Shown: positions 18,611 through 30,147 of the stretch, in pieces | Position numbering within the stretch: the stretch's first letter is position 1 | How the letters are laid out: each line of letters opens with the position of its first letter | Assembly (NCBI GenBank): GCA_032718475.1 | Contig: JAUCBJ010005260.1 | Span: forward strand, 14,424 to 78,423 | DNA length: 64,000 nucleotides | Origin: Nemertoderma westbladi | Lineage: Eukaryota > Animalia > Xenacoelomorpha | Direction: 5' to 3' | The notes under the pieces: model-generated | Seen by the model: only the letters and a program-made list of their open reading frames with translations | What the model was told of the DNA's origin: nothing | Databases searched by the model: none | Translations under genes and position numbers: made by a program

Positions 18611-20533
18611 TATAGAATTATATTCCCTAAATGCCGTGGATTTTCAAAATTTTTATTTTATTCGAATTAACTTTGTAAAGATTGCTTTGAGTTCTCATTA
18701 GTATTGGTTCTATCTATTGTGTATCTATCGGTCAAGTGGTTCAGTAGCTCAGTTGGTAGAGCGTTGGAAATTATATGTGTAGTAGGTATCGAGTTCGAAT
18801 CCTAGTAAGTGCGAATTATTTTTTGTGCAGAATTTCAACTCATTTAAATTAACCGCTACAAATTAATTGCATTTGTCTGTACCAATAAGGCTGTAGTTAT
18901 TTGATTGTAACCAATGTCGTGCAAGTTATATATTAGCTGGACCAATAAGCTATCTTTAAAACCTTGTTAGAACCCATAGAACAATCGAGAATTTTCTCGA
19001 TTGATTGCAGCACAAATTTAGTATATAAAGGTGCGATTCGTTCATTAGTTATCAATCTCTCAATCTTGTATTTCAATCTATACTTCTCAGATTTATTCTG
19101 TCGTGCTTAGTTTATTCTCAGATTACATTGTATTATAATTGTATCTTCTGTAATAAAGTCAGAATATTCTCTCAGCTTTTCTGTTTTACTATGAATTCAC
19201 TACGGTGAACAAACTCGGGGACAGGATGGCCAGCTAGAGATCGGGCCGCAGCAATGAACGGGAACATCACGGGAATGTAGACGAGAGACAACCCGCAATA
19301 CCATCTAGTGTTATTCGCCCATCGCCTGAAAGGTTAGACAGCGTTCGATCCTTGCTACCTAAGTATAAGACCAAAAGATCAAAAGGTAGACGCAGTGACA
19401 CGCTGTAAGCCCAAAATTACATCATAGGGACTGTACTGTCTTGATTCAGGAAAAAACCGCAGTAGACCTTCATATTCCTACGGGGGGAGGGAAAGCGCAG
19501 GCAGATACTAGTACGCAGATAGGACGTAGGCACACCGGTACAAGGCATACACATTGGTTAGGGTGCAGCAAACTGTACGCTTAACTCTTGCTAAGTACAG
19601 GTGTGTGTGCGACTATTTGCCGTACAACGGTGTCCAGTGCATTAGAACTTGTAGGCTAGGGGGGTTGCTGTGTTTTCACCTGAATTGGGATTGTACCGTT
19701 CAGGCGGTAGGGCAGTTTACGCTAGGCGCAAAATAAATTGAGGCTATCAGGGATATACTAACATCTACCGTGTCCCCGCCAACGCCCTAATAGGAAGTTA
19801 CCCGGACTACCTGGGTGACTAAAATTCTAGATAGGAGCCAGGATAGCTATTAGTACCCGTACGCCTACAGTAGTAAACTAACACATCTCTTCTTAGTATC
19901 AGGGACCTGGTACCTAAAATTGCCGAATTCTGGGCGTAGTATTAACCTTATGCCTGAATTTGAGTCCTGGAAATACGCAAGAGGGGAAGGAACCTTACCA
20001 TTCGTGAGTATTGGACCTACAAGTTACAAATTAGAATATTCGTAAAATGCACACCGTACCCAGTAATTATATATGTGAAGGAGCAAAACTGCTTTTGACC
20101 GTTCAGAATTAACACACGCGCGTTAGAAATTATTTACACCTCAAAATATATAAAATTAACTTAGTCCGTACTGTGCTTTGCCCGCTAGTTAGACATCTCC
20201 AAATCTGCTCTGTACCTAGCTAGCGTCCTTTCGCCCAACCATATAAATCACACCGCGGCAAAGTATACGAGCCTCTTAGTCCGTCAGTGAGTCAGCCTGA
20301 TTTTAGGATTCGCTGCGCGGGATTTTGTTTTATCGAAGTTTGTCCGCTCGTAGACTGTTTTCTGCCTCACCGGTTAAAAGAGATAGATACTGCAATATAT
20401 TCGCTTACTTAGGGTTTACTGTTTTGGTGAGAAGGTCGGATTTATGATTTGATTTACAAACTTTACAGTAGGATATTGCAGGTATTGTTACCGTCTCTTC
20501 CGATAGTAGGAATAGGCGTATCTCTCCAATTTA
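18611..20533 (+). repeat. 3' LTR of nested Bel/Pao element
   Basis: Direct repeat of 3992-5914 (one T/C difference seen, 4557 vs 19176); preceded by GGAGCGG. Confidence 0.97.
18738..18824 (+). ncRNA. tRNA-derived Pol III-type unit in 3' LTR
   Basis: Copy of 4119-4205. Confidence 0.6.
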
Positions 20534-20537
20534 CATC

Positions 20538-21425
20538 GGCCAAAACGCGCATGAGGCGCTGGAGACATTAGAGAAACGACCTACTCAACCGCAACCACTT
20601 CAGACCTATGCGGTAAGAACTAGAGTAGGTTGGTACCTTACTGGACCTTCCCGTAGAACGCTCAGGGAAAGACTGCTTCAAGATCGCGTCTGCCAGGTGA
20701 GTGAATGGGAAGATGATACTAGTGAGGGAGACGACCCAACTGAGGGAACACCACACTCCTCAGATAATGACAATCTTAGCTCCAATGTAGATCAATGGAG
20801 ATATTGCCCCAAGAAGTTTAATCCAACGGACATCGCTTCCAGAGGAGCAACTCCTCAAGAACTGACAGATACTATAGACCGGTTAGGTGAACCCGACTTC
20901 CTGAGTAAGGAGAATGAATGGCCTCCCCATCTTACTCCGACTGAGATTAGACCAGCCAAGGGAGCGGAGAAAGTCGAACCTGAAACCCGGACGGGTGGAT
21001 CGGAGTTATTTGAACCCGGGATAGATCTGTCGGTATTACATGTTGCCAGGGACGACGCCGTGGATCTGAGCCTCCCCTCCGCGAGTGGATCCTTCATGAA
21101 GATCAGAGAGAGCGATTGGAGCTCTGGAACATCAGACGTCTCGCAGGGACTCTCACCTCTCCTGCAGAGAGCGACGGACCACTATAGCTCCTGGAATCGG
21201 CTTTGTGACGCCGTCATATACTTTGAGCGATGTTTCTATCGTCACTATTCCAGGACGAAGAGGAAACCTGGAATTGTATTCAGGATGCAGCGACTCAATC
21301 ACCCAGTCGGTCGTTTGTGTTTATCGGAAGGGAATGGAGGACTCTCAGGAAACTATGGAAGGCAAGAAACTCTTCCCACGACCACTTCCCTAATCCAACC
21401 GACATCTAGGGACTCCCCAACTTAA
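20538..21425 (+). CDS. Continuation of host polyprotein: protease end fused to RNase H tail remnant; RT and integrase absent
   Basis: In frame with 2656-3991 once the insertion is removed. Contains AVRTRVGWYLTG, WRYCPKKFNPTDIASRG and YSSWNRL, then a stop. Confidence 0.85.
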   Translation, partial: GQNAHEALETLEKRPTQPQPLQTYAVRTRVGWYLTGPSRRTLRERLLQDRVCQVSEWEDDTSEGDDPTEGTPHSSDNDNLSSNVDQWRYCPKKFNPTDIASRGATPQELTDTIDRLGEPDFLSKENEWPPHLTPTEIRPAKGAEKVEPETRTGGSELFEPGIDLSVLHVARDDAVDLSLPSASGSFMKIRESDWSSGTSDVSQGLSPLLQRATDHYSSWNRLCDAVIYFERCFYRHYSRTKRKPGIVFRMQRLNHPVGRLCLSEGNGGLSGNYGRQETLPTTTSLIQPTSRDSPT

Positions 21426-21971
21426 TATCGTTCGGAGTGGGCGTGTGACTCTATTATTTTATATTATTTTATTATTTTTATATTTATGTATGTATTACTA
21501 TGTAATTTTATTATAATCGTTTTATTTAATTTAGTAGAATATTATTTAGCGATTATTTTGTAGAATAGTGCAATATATTCGTGTTTATTACGTACATACT
21601 TACTTATATTATATTTAGTGCGACGGCGAAGAAATAATTATTTTTCTCTTTCCTTACTGTCCGTATTATATTATAAATACGTAACTACAGTAAGATGAAA
21701 TGTCCGTACTTATTAAAGTACAATAAAGCCACTACTATATTTAAGTATTATTGGTAGGCAGAGTATTAGGAATGCAAAGTTCAGATCCTCGTGTCTCGGC
21801 TAAACCAAGCTCTGGGTAGACCTTGGAAACGACTTGCCTCTTCACACTGACATTGCTTCGTGCGATATTGCTCTCATACCGTATATTAAATAATACATAT
21901 AGTAGCGTGATGTCCCTTTAACAGTAGCGTATAACGCAAAATAAATCTGTTAAACCCTTTGACCATCTGTA

Positions 21972-22260
21972 ATTCTAGTCGATTAAGATATCGCGGCACC
22001 CACCGATATACTTGAAAGACAAATTCTAGAATCAGTGGTTAACGTCCCCAGACAAGTTCTGGAATAAATCGGTGCCCATCTCAAATATTAATTAGTTAAT
22101 ATTTACAAATCAAATAAGTCAAAATCTGTAAAATTCAGATCCTTCAACGATTCTAGTCAATTAAGATATCGTAGCATTTACCGATATTCTTAAAGAGACA
22201 ATTTTCTTAGAATTAAGGATCTTGTGTTCCTAGACATGTTCTAGAATCAAAATATGCCCA
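21972..22260 (+). repeat. Diverged ~180-bp tandem duplication, each copy a hairpin
   Basis: TTCTAGTC.ATTAAGATATCG...CGATAT.CTT...TAGAAT at about 21972 and 22151. Confidence 0.75.
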
Positions 22261-23072
22261 TTTAATTATCAAATAATAAAATTTCAGGGAATAAATTTAA
22301 ATTCATGTCTTTTAATGAATTTAATAAATTGCCATTTTACGCAATTTATAAAGTTCCCAAAATTCCATTAATTAATAGATCAAGGGAGCGGAGATTTATA
22401 TTATTATGCGTGTGCGTGTACGAAAGTCTCCCAAACATAGTTAATAGCCGATAAAATTCTTAAAGTCATGTATAAAACAGAACATTGACTATTAAAGAAT
22501 ACTATTAAATAACATCCCAGATCTGTATGCATTGGAATCACCCTAATTCTACCGCTAGCTTTGCATAATGTCACCATAGCAACAACCACGCTAGAATTAG
22601 AATTGAGTTAACGAACAATAGAAAGCTTGTCCCATAGAATAGCATAGGGAATAAATAGCGCACTGCTAGTATCCAAGGATACATAATAATACAGTGACAT
22701 TCTGGAAGGCATTGACTAACGGACAAATGGCCCGAATGTGCGTAGTTGTGACCAGTTGTGTGGTATTTGTGAGTTTATAGGTGAATGTTACTGCTAAAGT
22801 GTGTTTACAGTAGCTAGTCGCAATCGTAAAATAACCTAACTCTCCAAGGAATACCTGAAGTACATCTAAGCCTTTGGGACGGACAGTGGAGTGACTTGTG
22901 TCGGTTATCGTTGTAGTTGTACGGCTACGTCGTTGGCGAAAGTACAGCTACAGCGGTACATCGGCGCTGAAAATCTCTTACTGTCCGGGGGCAAGGGAGA
23001 AATAGGCAGCGACGCCCGCTCGCCTAACGATATATAAACTCATTATAATATTGGTGAACTTGTATAGCAGAT

Positions 23073-25379
23073 ATGACTGAATTAATAGAAGATGATCTTG
23101 GTATCAGGGAGAGATATACTCTACCTTTACAAGCGTTTGTCGATAGCTTGATACGCGGCGACGCTGATCCAACTATTACGGAGGACGATGGTCGTTATAT
23201 CGAACCGCCAATGTCCCAGGAGCAACTTACGCGTGAATTGGATTATAGAAAGTTCACTGCTCGCTACATGCATCGTAATGGTACGTATATGGACTTCTTG
23301 ACCACTGGTCATCCTATTGATTTACACGACACCGACGATGTAGACACCGAAAGGGAAATGGTTTTGTTTAAATATCATGCCCAGCGGAGTCGAAACGATA
23401 AATCGAGAATAGAACACGAGAACTCTATTCGAAACAAACTCGAAATAGAAGACGTTGAAGAACCTGATAAACGTAACGGTTTCAACGATTATCTAGAATT
23501 CTTACGAGAGACCTATCTCAATGTTGCCAGTCAACAAAACCTCGAAACTCGATATCCCCAAGGTATACATCCAGATCCTATAATGGAACTCAAACGGCTC
23601 TATTTTACGATGATGTATCTTACCGCCGATCGACCGCTACCTGTCGTTCCAGATAGCTTCGAACAGATGGAGGAATATTGTAAAACTGGAGAGCGATCAC
23701 CCGCGTTTCCCCTTCAAGACGTGCGTCTTTGGTATTACTGTGACGAATGCCCTAGACCTAACCAGCAAATCGAAAGGCATAAACATCCTCGGAGACGTTG
23801 CGCTAAACACAGTTTTACGCGATATACTTATGGGAGTTTCGAGCGTAACCTTTTCGACGTATCACCTACGGTCGCGCGCCTTAAGCGATCATTGAATAAA
23901 CCCATGATCAGAGTTCCGGAATACTCGGTCAGACCTCCCCATTCACCAGTGATACCTCAAACTCTAGATCCTAATAGTATTATGGATCCTCCCGAACTGT
24001 ACTCACTGTTCAAAGACCTAGTGTTACCTGAACAGTTGATTGGTGGCACTCCGGTAGTGGGTTCGTTGGATATTCGCCAACCTTACCTCGCTGGACTAGG
24101 ACGCGGTCATTTAATATCACCGTTTAATCCCTACAACCGTCCTGGCCTTCCTCCGATCCAACCTGTTACAGAAGTTGAAGAGAGCGTGATACGAAATGCA
24201 TTGGACGCTATTCGGCAGAAAATCGGAAAAGGAACTTACGATTGCTTGGAGAAACGTAAATTGCAACAACAAGTCCAAGCGGTGAAAGAACTAGCTTTAC
24301 CCCAGTTCGATAGAGAAATACAAAATCTAGAGGAAGACATCGAACGTGGACGAACCTACTCTTTACAGGAATTCCTGGACGAGCGCTTGCAGCAACAAGC
24401 GGAGGAAAATCAGCTCAAGGAGAGACATATAGAGCTGACGGAGAGGGAAGAAGCAGCTTTAGCCCAACCAGAAGCTCAAATTCTCGTGACGGACCTCTAT
24501 TCCAAAACGATTCTCCACCCCTCGATGGTTCCTCATTTTAAAGACAAGCTCTTTGCTACGGTACAGCCTCAACCGGTTAATACCGATCTCAGATCTCACG
24601 AGCTCGTTGCTGACGCTCCTATGCTACAACGTCCACCCGTAGAGGCTGCCCGTGTCGATGGCGTACTTGTTGAGCTTCCGGACAATAGAGCGGATCTTGT
24701 CCGTCGCATGGTGCACGATGTTAACATACGCGCTAGACCTTTGCCGGACTCATTTTATGGAATTAAAGATCATCCTTATTACGTTAATTTAAAGCAATAT
24801 TACATGGTGAAACCAGAAGATCCTACGCATAGTCTGAAGTTTCTACCATTGATCAATCCTCTCGACCTTGTCGAACTCGAACAACTACAAAAACACCTAG
24901 ATCAGCTAGTTAAACTAAACTCATTTAGAAAACCGTATAATATTTCTAGAATAGAGAAAGAAATATCACCTCCGTATAATCTTGATGGCTTTATTAAAAC
25001 TCGATTAGTGCACTGGAATCTCGACGTGTTATTCGAGGAAGAAAGAATAAAACGATATGGCGATGTGGAAACCTATACTACACAATGCTTAAAGTATAGA
25101 GATTTACCCAATGCTAACGAGTGCGCTACTTTGTGGCATCCAGTGGGAATGACTCTCGAAAACGCCACTAAAGAATGGAACGAGACTCTTAACGTTATCG
25201 AGATGTATGGCGTTGTTACTTACGACAACGAAGGTAGCGTTCCGGTGGGAGAATTAGGAACTACGCGAATGATACATATACGAGGACTCGCTGGTTCTAC
25301 CCACGTATTCACACGAGCGTGTTCTGACGTGATTGATTATTCTTTTGAAACTCTTACGGAGATACAAAAGAAACTTTGA
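23073..25379 (+). CDS. Accessory protein, N-terminal part (768 aa; coiled coil; start of DEDDy-like exonuclease)
   Basis: Long ORF; ends in a single TGA that is in frame with 25437-27326; contains GVVTYDNEG. Confidence 0.8.
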   Translation: MTELIEDDLGIRERYTLPLQAFVDSLIRGDADPTITEDDGRYIEPPMSQEQLTRELDYRKFTARYMHRNGTYMDFLTTGHPIDLHDTDDVDTEREMVLFKYHAQRSRNDKSRIEHENSIRNKLEIEDVEEPDKRNGFNDYLEFLRETYLNVASQQNLETRYPQGIHPDPIMELKRLYFTMMYLTADRPLPVVPDSFEQMEEYCKTGERSPAFPLQDVRLWYYCDECPRPNQQIERHKHPRRRCAKHSFTRYTYGSFERNLFDVSPTVARLKRSLNKPMIRVPEYSVRPPHSPVIPQTLDPNSIMDPPELYSLFKDLVLPEQLIGGTPVVGSLDIRQPYLAGLGRGHLISPFNPYNRPGLPPIQPVTEVEESVIRNALDAIRQKIGKGTYDCLEKRKLQQQVQAVKELALPQFDREIQNLEEDIERGRTYSLQEFLDERLQQQAEENQLKERHIELTEREEAALAQPEAQILVTDLYSKTILHPSMVPHFKDKLFATVQPQPVNTDLRSHELVADAPMLQRPPVEAARVDGVLVELPDNRADLVRRMVHDVNIRARPLPDSFYGIKDHPYYVNLKQYYMVKPEDPTHSLKFLPLINPLDLVELEQLQKHLDQLVKLNSFRKPYNISRIEKEISPPYNLDGFIKTRLVHWNLDVLFEEERIKRYGDVETYTTQCLKYRDLPNANECATLWHPVGMTLENATKEWNETLNVIEMYGVVTYDNEGSVPVGELGTTRMIHIRGLAGSTHVFTRACSDVIDYSFETLTEIQKKL

Positions 25380-27326
25380 CATGGACAATTCGAACTCGCG
25401 CAGCGTTACGTCACCGACACCGAACGCAAACCGGCCATGGGTATCGATGGATCAATGTTACCCCAACCTGTACTCGCAATGTTGTTTAACGAAAGAATTC
25501 TAAAAATCGGCTCAGCTGTTTATGGAGATCTCCAAAACGACTTCCGGAATATGGAGAACATTCCATACCCTTTCGTTGATACTCAGCTGATTGCTCCTTG
25601 GGCCGAAGGCCGAGGTTTCTTTCGCACTATGTATGCCAATACACCCAGCAGCATTACTAAAGTACAACGGACATCCATCGGACATCTTGCCTTTCAAGAA
25701 TATGGTTGGAATTTCAAAGTTGGAAATCCTATAAATTACCAGCAAGTATATGGAGATCATTACTCCCGTTTATATTTTGACGGACCATTAACTGCGCCTG
25801 GTGCCGTATATAGCTTTATGAGTGTTCCACTTCGCCCTTCCTTAGCTATATACACGATCTTTGAAAACGCAGCACTTGCCGGTTGGCTAGCCGATGTGTG
25901 CAGTCGTACCATACGCGCTCACCCGTTAATACTTGGAACTAAACTCGCCAAGTTAGACGAACACAATAAGTTCATACGTTTCGAATGTTTCCGGCGCTTT
26001 CTGACTCCGTTCCTTAACATCGACAGTCAGTTCAAAGATCGCGCGCTGACCAAGCTCAGTCTTAGAGACTCAGCTGCGGAGAAACTGAGTAGCGCTGGAT
26101 TTGCCGTGTTTCAAGACGTTTGTATACAGAACTCACATTCATCTGTTATACAAAGACCCCGAATACCTACAGGTTATTCTGTCGTGGAAATACAGACAGT
26201 GGGTCCACTTACGGAAACCGACGCACCAACTTCGTCTATGCAGCTGGAGGATGAACCAGTATGCTTGGAATCCGAAGCGATTCAACCTACGGCTTCTCGG
26301 AGCAGTGACAATGATTATGTCATAGAGTGGTATCAAGGTCCACAGCGTCTCACAGCGTACGATTATCGACACGCCAACCACGTTTACCGAAAACGTTGTC
26401 GATTATGCGCATCGAGAGACCACTTCACTCCTCTCGACTCGAGCGTACCTTGTTCCTATTTCCTCGAACAACCGATGATGGAAATATATTGTGCTTATTG
26501 CCGGCTTAATAACTCTCATATATTTGCCGTCTGCCCACAGTTTATGACTCAATGTCACTACTGCCAACTTAAAGGACACGAAAGTTACAATTGTCCCTTT
26601 AATCGCGATTTAGAGAGCGTAGACGAGATGATCACCCTGCGATACATCCGAGCTTGGGAAGCGAACGCAGATTTACATTGCGAATCCAGACATCGCTATT
26701 ACCCTGGACGAGCTTACGAGGGAGTTTACGCGTTCCATCCTTATCTATTCGCGTCGATTGAACAGAAAACACGCGTACCAAGTTACGAGTTAATGAAGCG
26801 TGTTGGTGAGTGTATTTCCACCAAGTTTGTCAGGAAATACCTGAGAAACGTTAATCCTAATGATATAACCACATATCACCTGATCAATTATATCCGTCAG
26901 GACCCTGAGTATGGCGACATTTTCGTGAACTCGCATCCTGAACTCCAGGAAGTATCTCGGCGCCCATATGAATACCGAACCCGAGAACGCGAGCTGGAGA
27001 GAACCATTAAACCGAGAAAGTTCCTCACCACTCACGGTCCACCCACCGCTAGTGTCCAGACGACCCGTCAAGGACCCGTAGGAGCTGCTGTCCTGAGACG
27101 CGCTCTAAAGGCCGTTAGACCTCACTCCACTGAGGTTGATATTAATCAACCAGGTACCTCGACCGGCGGGTATACCGATCGTAACCCTGCACCTTCTGAT
27201 GCAATTATATTGCACCCTTCGCCTAGGAGCTACAGCCCACCTCGTAAAGTGGCTCGCCCCAAAGAGAAAAGGACTCTTGCTAGCCTCCAGAAACTGCGTA
27301 AACGCCGTCCGCGCAAGAAAGACTAA
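25380..27326 (+). CDS. Accessory protein, C-terminal part (rest of exonuclease-like domain, triple zinc knuckle, basic tail)
   Basis: LFNERILKIGSAVYGD, FVDTQ, PLTAPGAVYS; CAYCRLNNSHIFAVC..CHYCQLKGHESYNC; LRKRRPRKK. Confidence 0.8.
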   Translation, partial: HGQFELAQRYVTDTERKPAMGIDGSMLPQPVLAMLFNERILKIGSAVYGDLQNDFRNMENIPYPFVDTQLIAPWAEGRGFFRTMYANTPSSITKVQRTSIGHLAFQEYGWNFKVGNPINYQQVYGDHYSRLYFDGPLTAPGAVYSFMSVPLRPSLAIYTIFENAALAGWLADVCSRTIRAHPLILGTKLAKLDEHNKFIRFECFRRFLTPFLNIDSQFKDRALTKLSLRDSAAEKLSSAGFAVFQDVCIQNSHSSVIQRPRIPTGYSVVEIQTVGPLTETDAPTSSMQLEDEPVCLESEAIQPTASRSSDNDYVIEWYQGPQRLTAYDYRHANHVYRKRCRLCASRDHFTPLDSSVPCSYFLEQPMMEIYCAYCRLNNSHIFAVCPQFMTQCHYCQLKGHESYNCPFNRDLESVDEMITLRYIRAWEANADLHCESRHRYYPGRAYEGVYAFHPYLFASIEQKTRVPSYELMKRVGECISTKFVRKYLRNVNPNDITTYHLINYIRQDPEYGDIFVNSHPELQEVSRRPYEYRTRERELERTIKPRKFLTTHGPPTASVQTTRQGPVGAAVLRRALKAVRPHSTEVDINQPGTSTGGYTDRNPAPSDAIILHPSPRSYSPPRKVARPKEKRTLASLQKLRKRRPRKKD

Positions 27327-27404
27327 CTGTTTAGAGTATTTTTATATTTTAGAAACTGTGATTTTGTATATTTTATAGACTTAAATCCCATTTTCTGGGA
27401 GCGG

Positions 27405-28629
27405 TGTAAAAGCTTTTGTGGGATAACTGATTCGTTTGCCTTGTTGGCCAGTTCCCCCCCAGTCGCTAAGAATACTCTCAAAGTGATCTACAGCTAAAAA
27501 TAGTGCAAGTTACCAGCTTATTGGCTGATTTGCTGTACGCAGGCATCTGGGCTCTGTTTAATCGGCCAACAAGCCTAGGGAGGTTGCGTCATAGCCTTGT
27601 TTTGTATCTCCCAATAGAATTTGAGTTATCCTTGATGTTGACCTATCACAGAGTACTGAACTGAAAATTTCCTATCTCACTGCTCTTTCTCTGTGTTGAA
27701 CGGGAGCTTCGTGGAATAAGGGAGTTGGTATCCTCGTATAGAGCAGTAGTCACGAGTTTTTCAAAGCCACGAAAGAACGGCTTTTTAGTGTTTTGTGCTT
27801 TCTGCTTTTTAGCTCAACACTAGTAGGTTTAATCATAAGGACATATATCCTTTAACTGACCAAACGCACCTGATTACTGACTGATTGTCTTAACTCAAAA
27901 CAAACTGGCACGATTGATCTGTCAATACTGTGTACTGCTATTTGTTGTCGGTTATTCATTATATTTGTTGATGAATTATTATATTGGAATAACGAGAAAT
28001 AACCCCGACACCCAATATTCTTGATATACCGAAGGTAAGAGAGAAAGGTTACCAATAACGATTGTGACTTATGTTAAAGTGGTTTGAAGTGAATCTAATG
28101 TTATTTGATAGACCCTACATGAGTCAGTCTGTGTTCCTTTTATATGTGACTAAAATCAGTAAAGATTGGCAGATTAGTGTGCAGTATTGTGCAGCATTGT
28201 GTGCGAGTGAGTCTGTTAAAGAAGCATTCCTAAAGAATGCGCCATATATGTGAATTATAATTAAGCCATATCGTTGTGAGTAGTTTAAGTCATAACTCTG
28301 TTTATGTAGATAAAGTGCCACGTCCTAAAGGAACTGTTAATATTCCCGAAGGTAAATAATATTGTCAGAGATTATATAATACTGTCAGTCGAATAATACA
28401 TTAGGCTTACATAGCAATAAAATTAAACCGTCGAACCCAATCTCCCGGGAATATCCAGCGGGTGAATGGTCGCGCACGGATTGGTTTCGACTAGTGTAGT
28501 GAATCAAATACTTGTCATAGGCTAAAAAGCGATTTAATATCTAGAAGACATCTTAATTTGGCGGGTTAAACTGCCAAAGGTCTGAAAGCGCGAACACCCC
28601 GACCCACCTGGGAAGTTGGTTTAGCTACA
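27405..28629 (+). repeat. Probable 3' LTR of host element
   Basis: Begins TGTA directly after GGGAGCGG and ends TACA. The partner LTR is not in the window, so the right boundary is unverified. Confidence 0.6.
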
Positions 28630-28739
28630 ACAACAACTACAACCAGGCCAAGCATTGAAACAACAGCGGTTGACCACACCACAAAAAGCAGTTCAGTGGT
28701 TGCTATTCCGCTATTTTGGATGGTTTTGGTGTTGGTTTC

Positions 28740-29690
28740 ATTAAGTGTAATTTAGATAGAAAAATATTTATTGCACAATGTGGAAAGTTTTAATCTACTT
28801 CAATATAATGTAATAGTTTGCGAAGTGACTATTTCTGAAATGATCTGTACCTCATAAAACTTTCCAAACATGAAAGTTAATTTAATAATGCTAGACAGGA
28901 GCAGAGGCATCTGTGTTACTGCAACTTGAATGTTTCGACCCTTCATTAAACTCGTTGGTGAAATACGTACTGTACAATACATAACATTAAATACAATACA
29001 ATACATAACAATACATACAATTAATACAATACAATACATAAAATGACTGAGAATAGTGAAAAATTTCTACATTTTCCCAAATGAAATAATTACATTGGAG
29101 AAAGTAGAACTTTGTCCTCTTATTTTTCCATCTACCTTTCAACCTTTGGAAATATAATAGGATTTTTATTGAACCAAAGTATATCAGTAACAAAATACAG
29201 AAATTCACCAAAGCAACAGAGTTCACGCAAAAACCAGTATTAAAAAGAACTGTCAGACATAGGCCAGAATGTCTAGGTAGCAGTAAATACCCCGTTACTG
29301 GGCAACCATGCAATACAATGATGCTTTTATTAGGCAGTTGGGCTGTTTATGTCATGATACCAGTACAGGTATCAGCATTTGATAATACGATTGAGGTCTC
29401 CACTATAGCATGGTGGACTGGACGCCTCGAAGCAGAGCGGTTCCCACGAAGGCACATTAGGGAAAATTTCAACAGTGAGAAATTTAACTGCCTCCGTGTC
29501 CATGAAACGCAATTGGAATAGCGCATCCCGCGCTTGTCAGCTATTTTTAATGATAAACGTTTTACAAACTGCTGGGTTATTGGCACTATTCCCCTGAAGG
29601 CCAAGAAGATGATGAGTGTAAAAATGGATAGCTCTACTTCTCGGACACGCACCTCATACTTCAACTACTTCTTTCGTTCATGGTATGTTA
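28740..29690 (-). mobile_element. 3' fragment of a CRE-like (restriction-like endonuclease) non-LTR retrotransposon
   Basis: KYEVRVREVE..FT....F.KRL..KIADK...YS...W.R..LNFSLL....CLRGNR resembles the C-terminus of CRE-type RLE elements. A (TACAA)n-like microsatellite lies at 28970-29040. Confidence 0.6.
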
Positions 29691-30147
29691 GAATAAATTG
29701 ATTTGATAAAAAAGATCTACTTTCAATCTCAATTTTCATATATTGTGACTTCTTCCTGTCACTTAATAAACCATGCAATAATGAAGCAAAATGTCCGGTC
29801 TGATACACCAAGTGGGAATGGCGCTAGTGTACCTTCAACGAAGGCCGCTCTAGTATATCTGTTTATTTCCCCTTTCTCCATTCGATGTATTGATTTGCTC
29901 TATATTTCGCTTAGTCTAATACGGTATTTGATCATCTATTATATTTAACTAGTATACAGTACCGGGAGGGTGTGGCAACACAGTATAACAAGCAAATGTC
30001 TGACTAATTAATTATGTAAGGACTCAAGTCTGGTGACTGTGTTTCTCTTTAGAGGAAACGTATTGTGACAAGTCTCACATGTATTTGATGCAATTGTCCA
30101 GATTATCACTAATGCTCAGCTATAGTGACCTACCTGGTTGTGGCGCT

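Larger units (their letters stand above)
3992..20533 (+). mobile_element. Intact, very recent Bel/Pao LTR retrotransposon (16.5 kb)
   Basis: Two near-identical 1923-bp LTRs, 5-bp TSD CATCG (3987-3991, 20534-20538) and an uninterrupted Gag-Pol. Confidence 0.97.
1..28629 (+). mobile_element. Non-autonomous Bel/Pao LTR retrotransposon (host element; 5' end outside window), interrupted at 3992-20533
   Basis: Pao-type Gag (KFNGD..W..F, LSNGEKLRYL), three Cys/His knuckles and protease ALLDSGS. The reading frame resumes after the nested element (ILIGQ...RTRVGW). Accessory ORFs follow, then PPT-like GGGAGCGG and a TGTA...TACA segment. Confidence 0.85.

Noticed and set aside
20531-20535. Canonical CA end for the nested 3' LTR (TTACA)
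   Set aside because: The CA belongs to the CATCG TSD and is absent after the 5' LTR.
25377-25379. Programmed stop-codon read-through as an established feature
   Set aside because: TGA-C is compatible with leakiness, but a CGA>TGA mutation in this already disrupted copy is equally likely; other copies are needed.
16278-27326. env genes
   Set aside because: No signal peptide, transmembrane helix or fusion-protein pattern in either accessory ORF.
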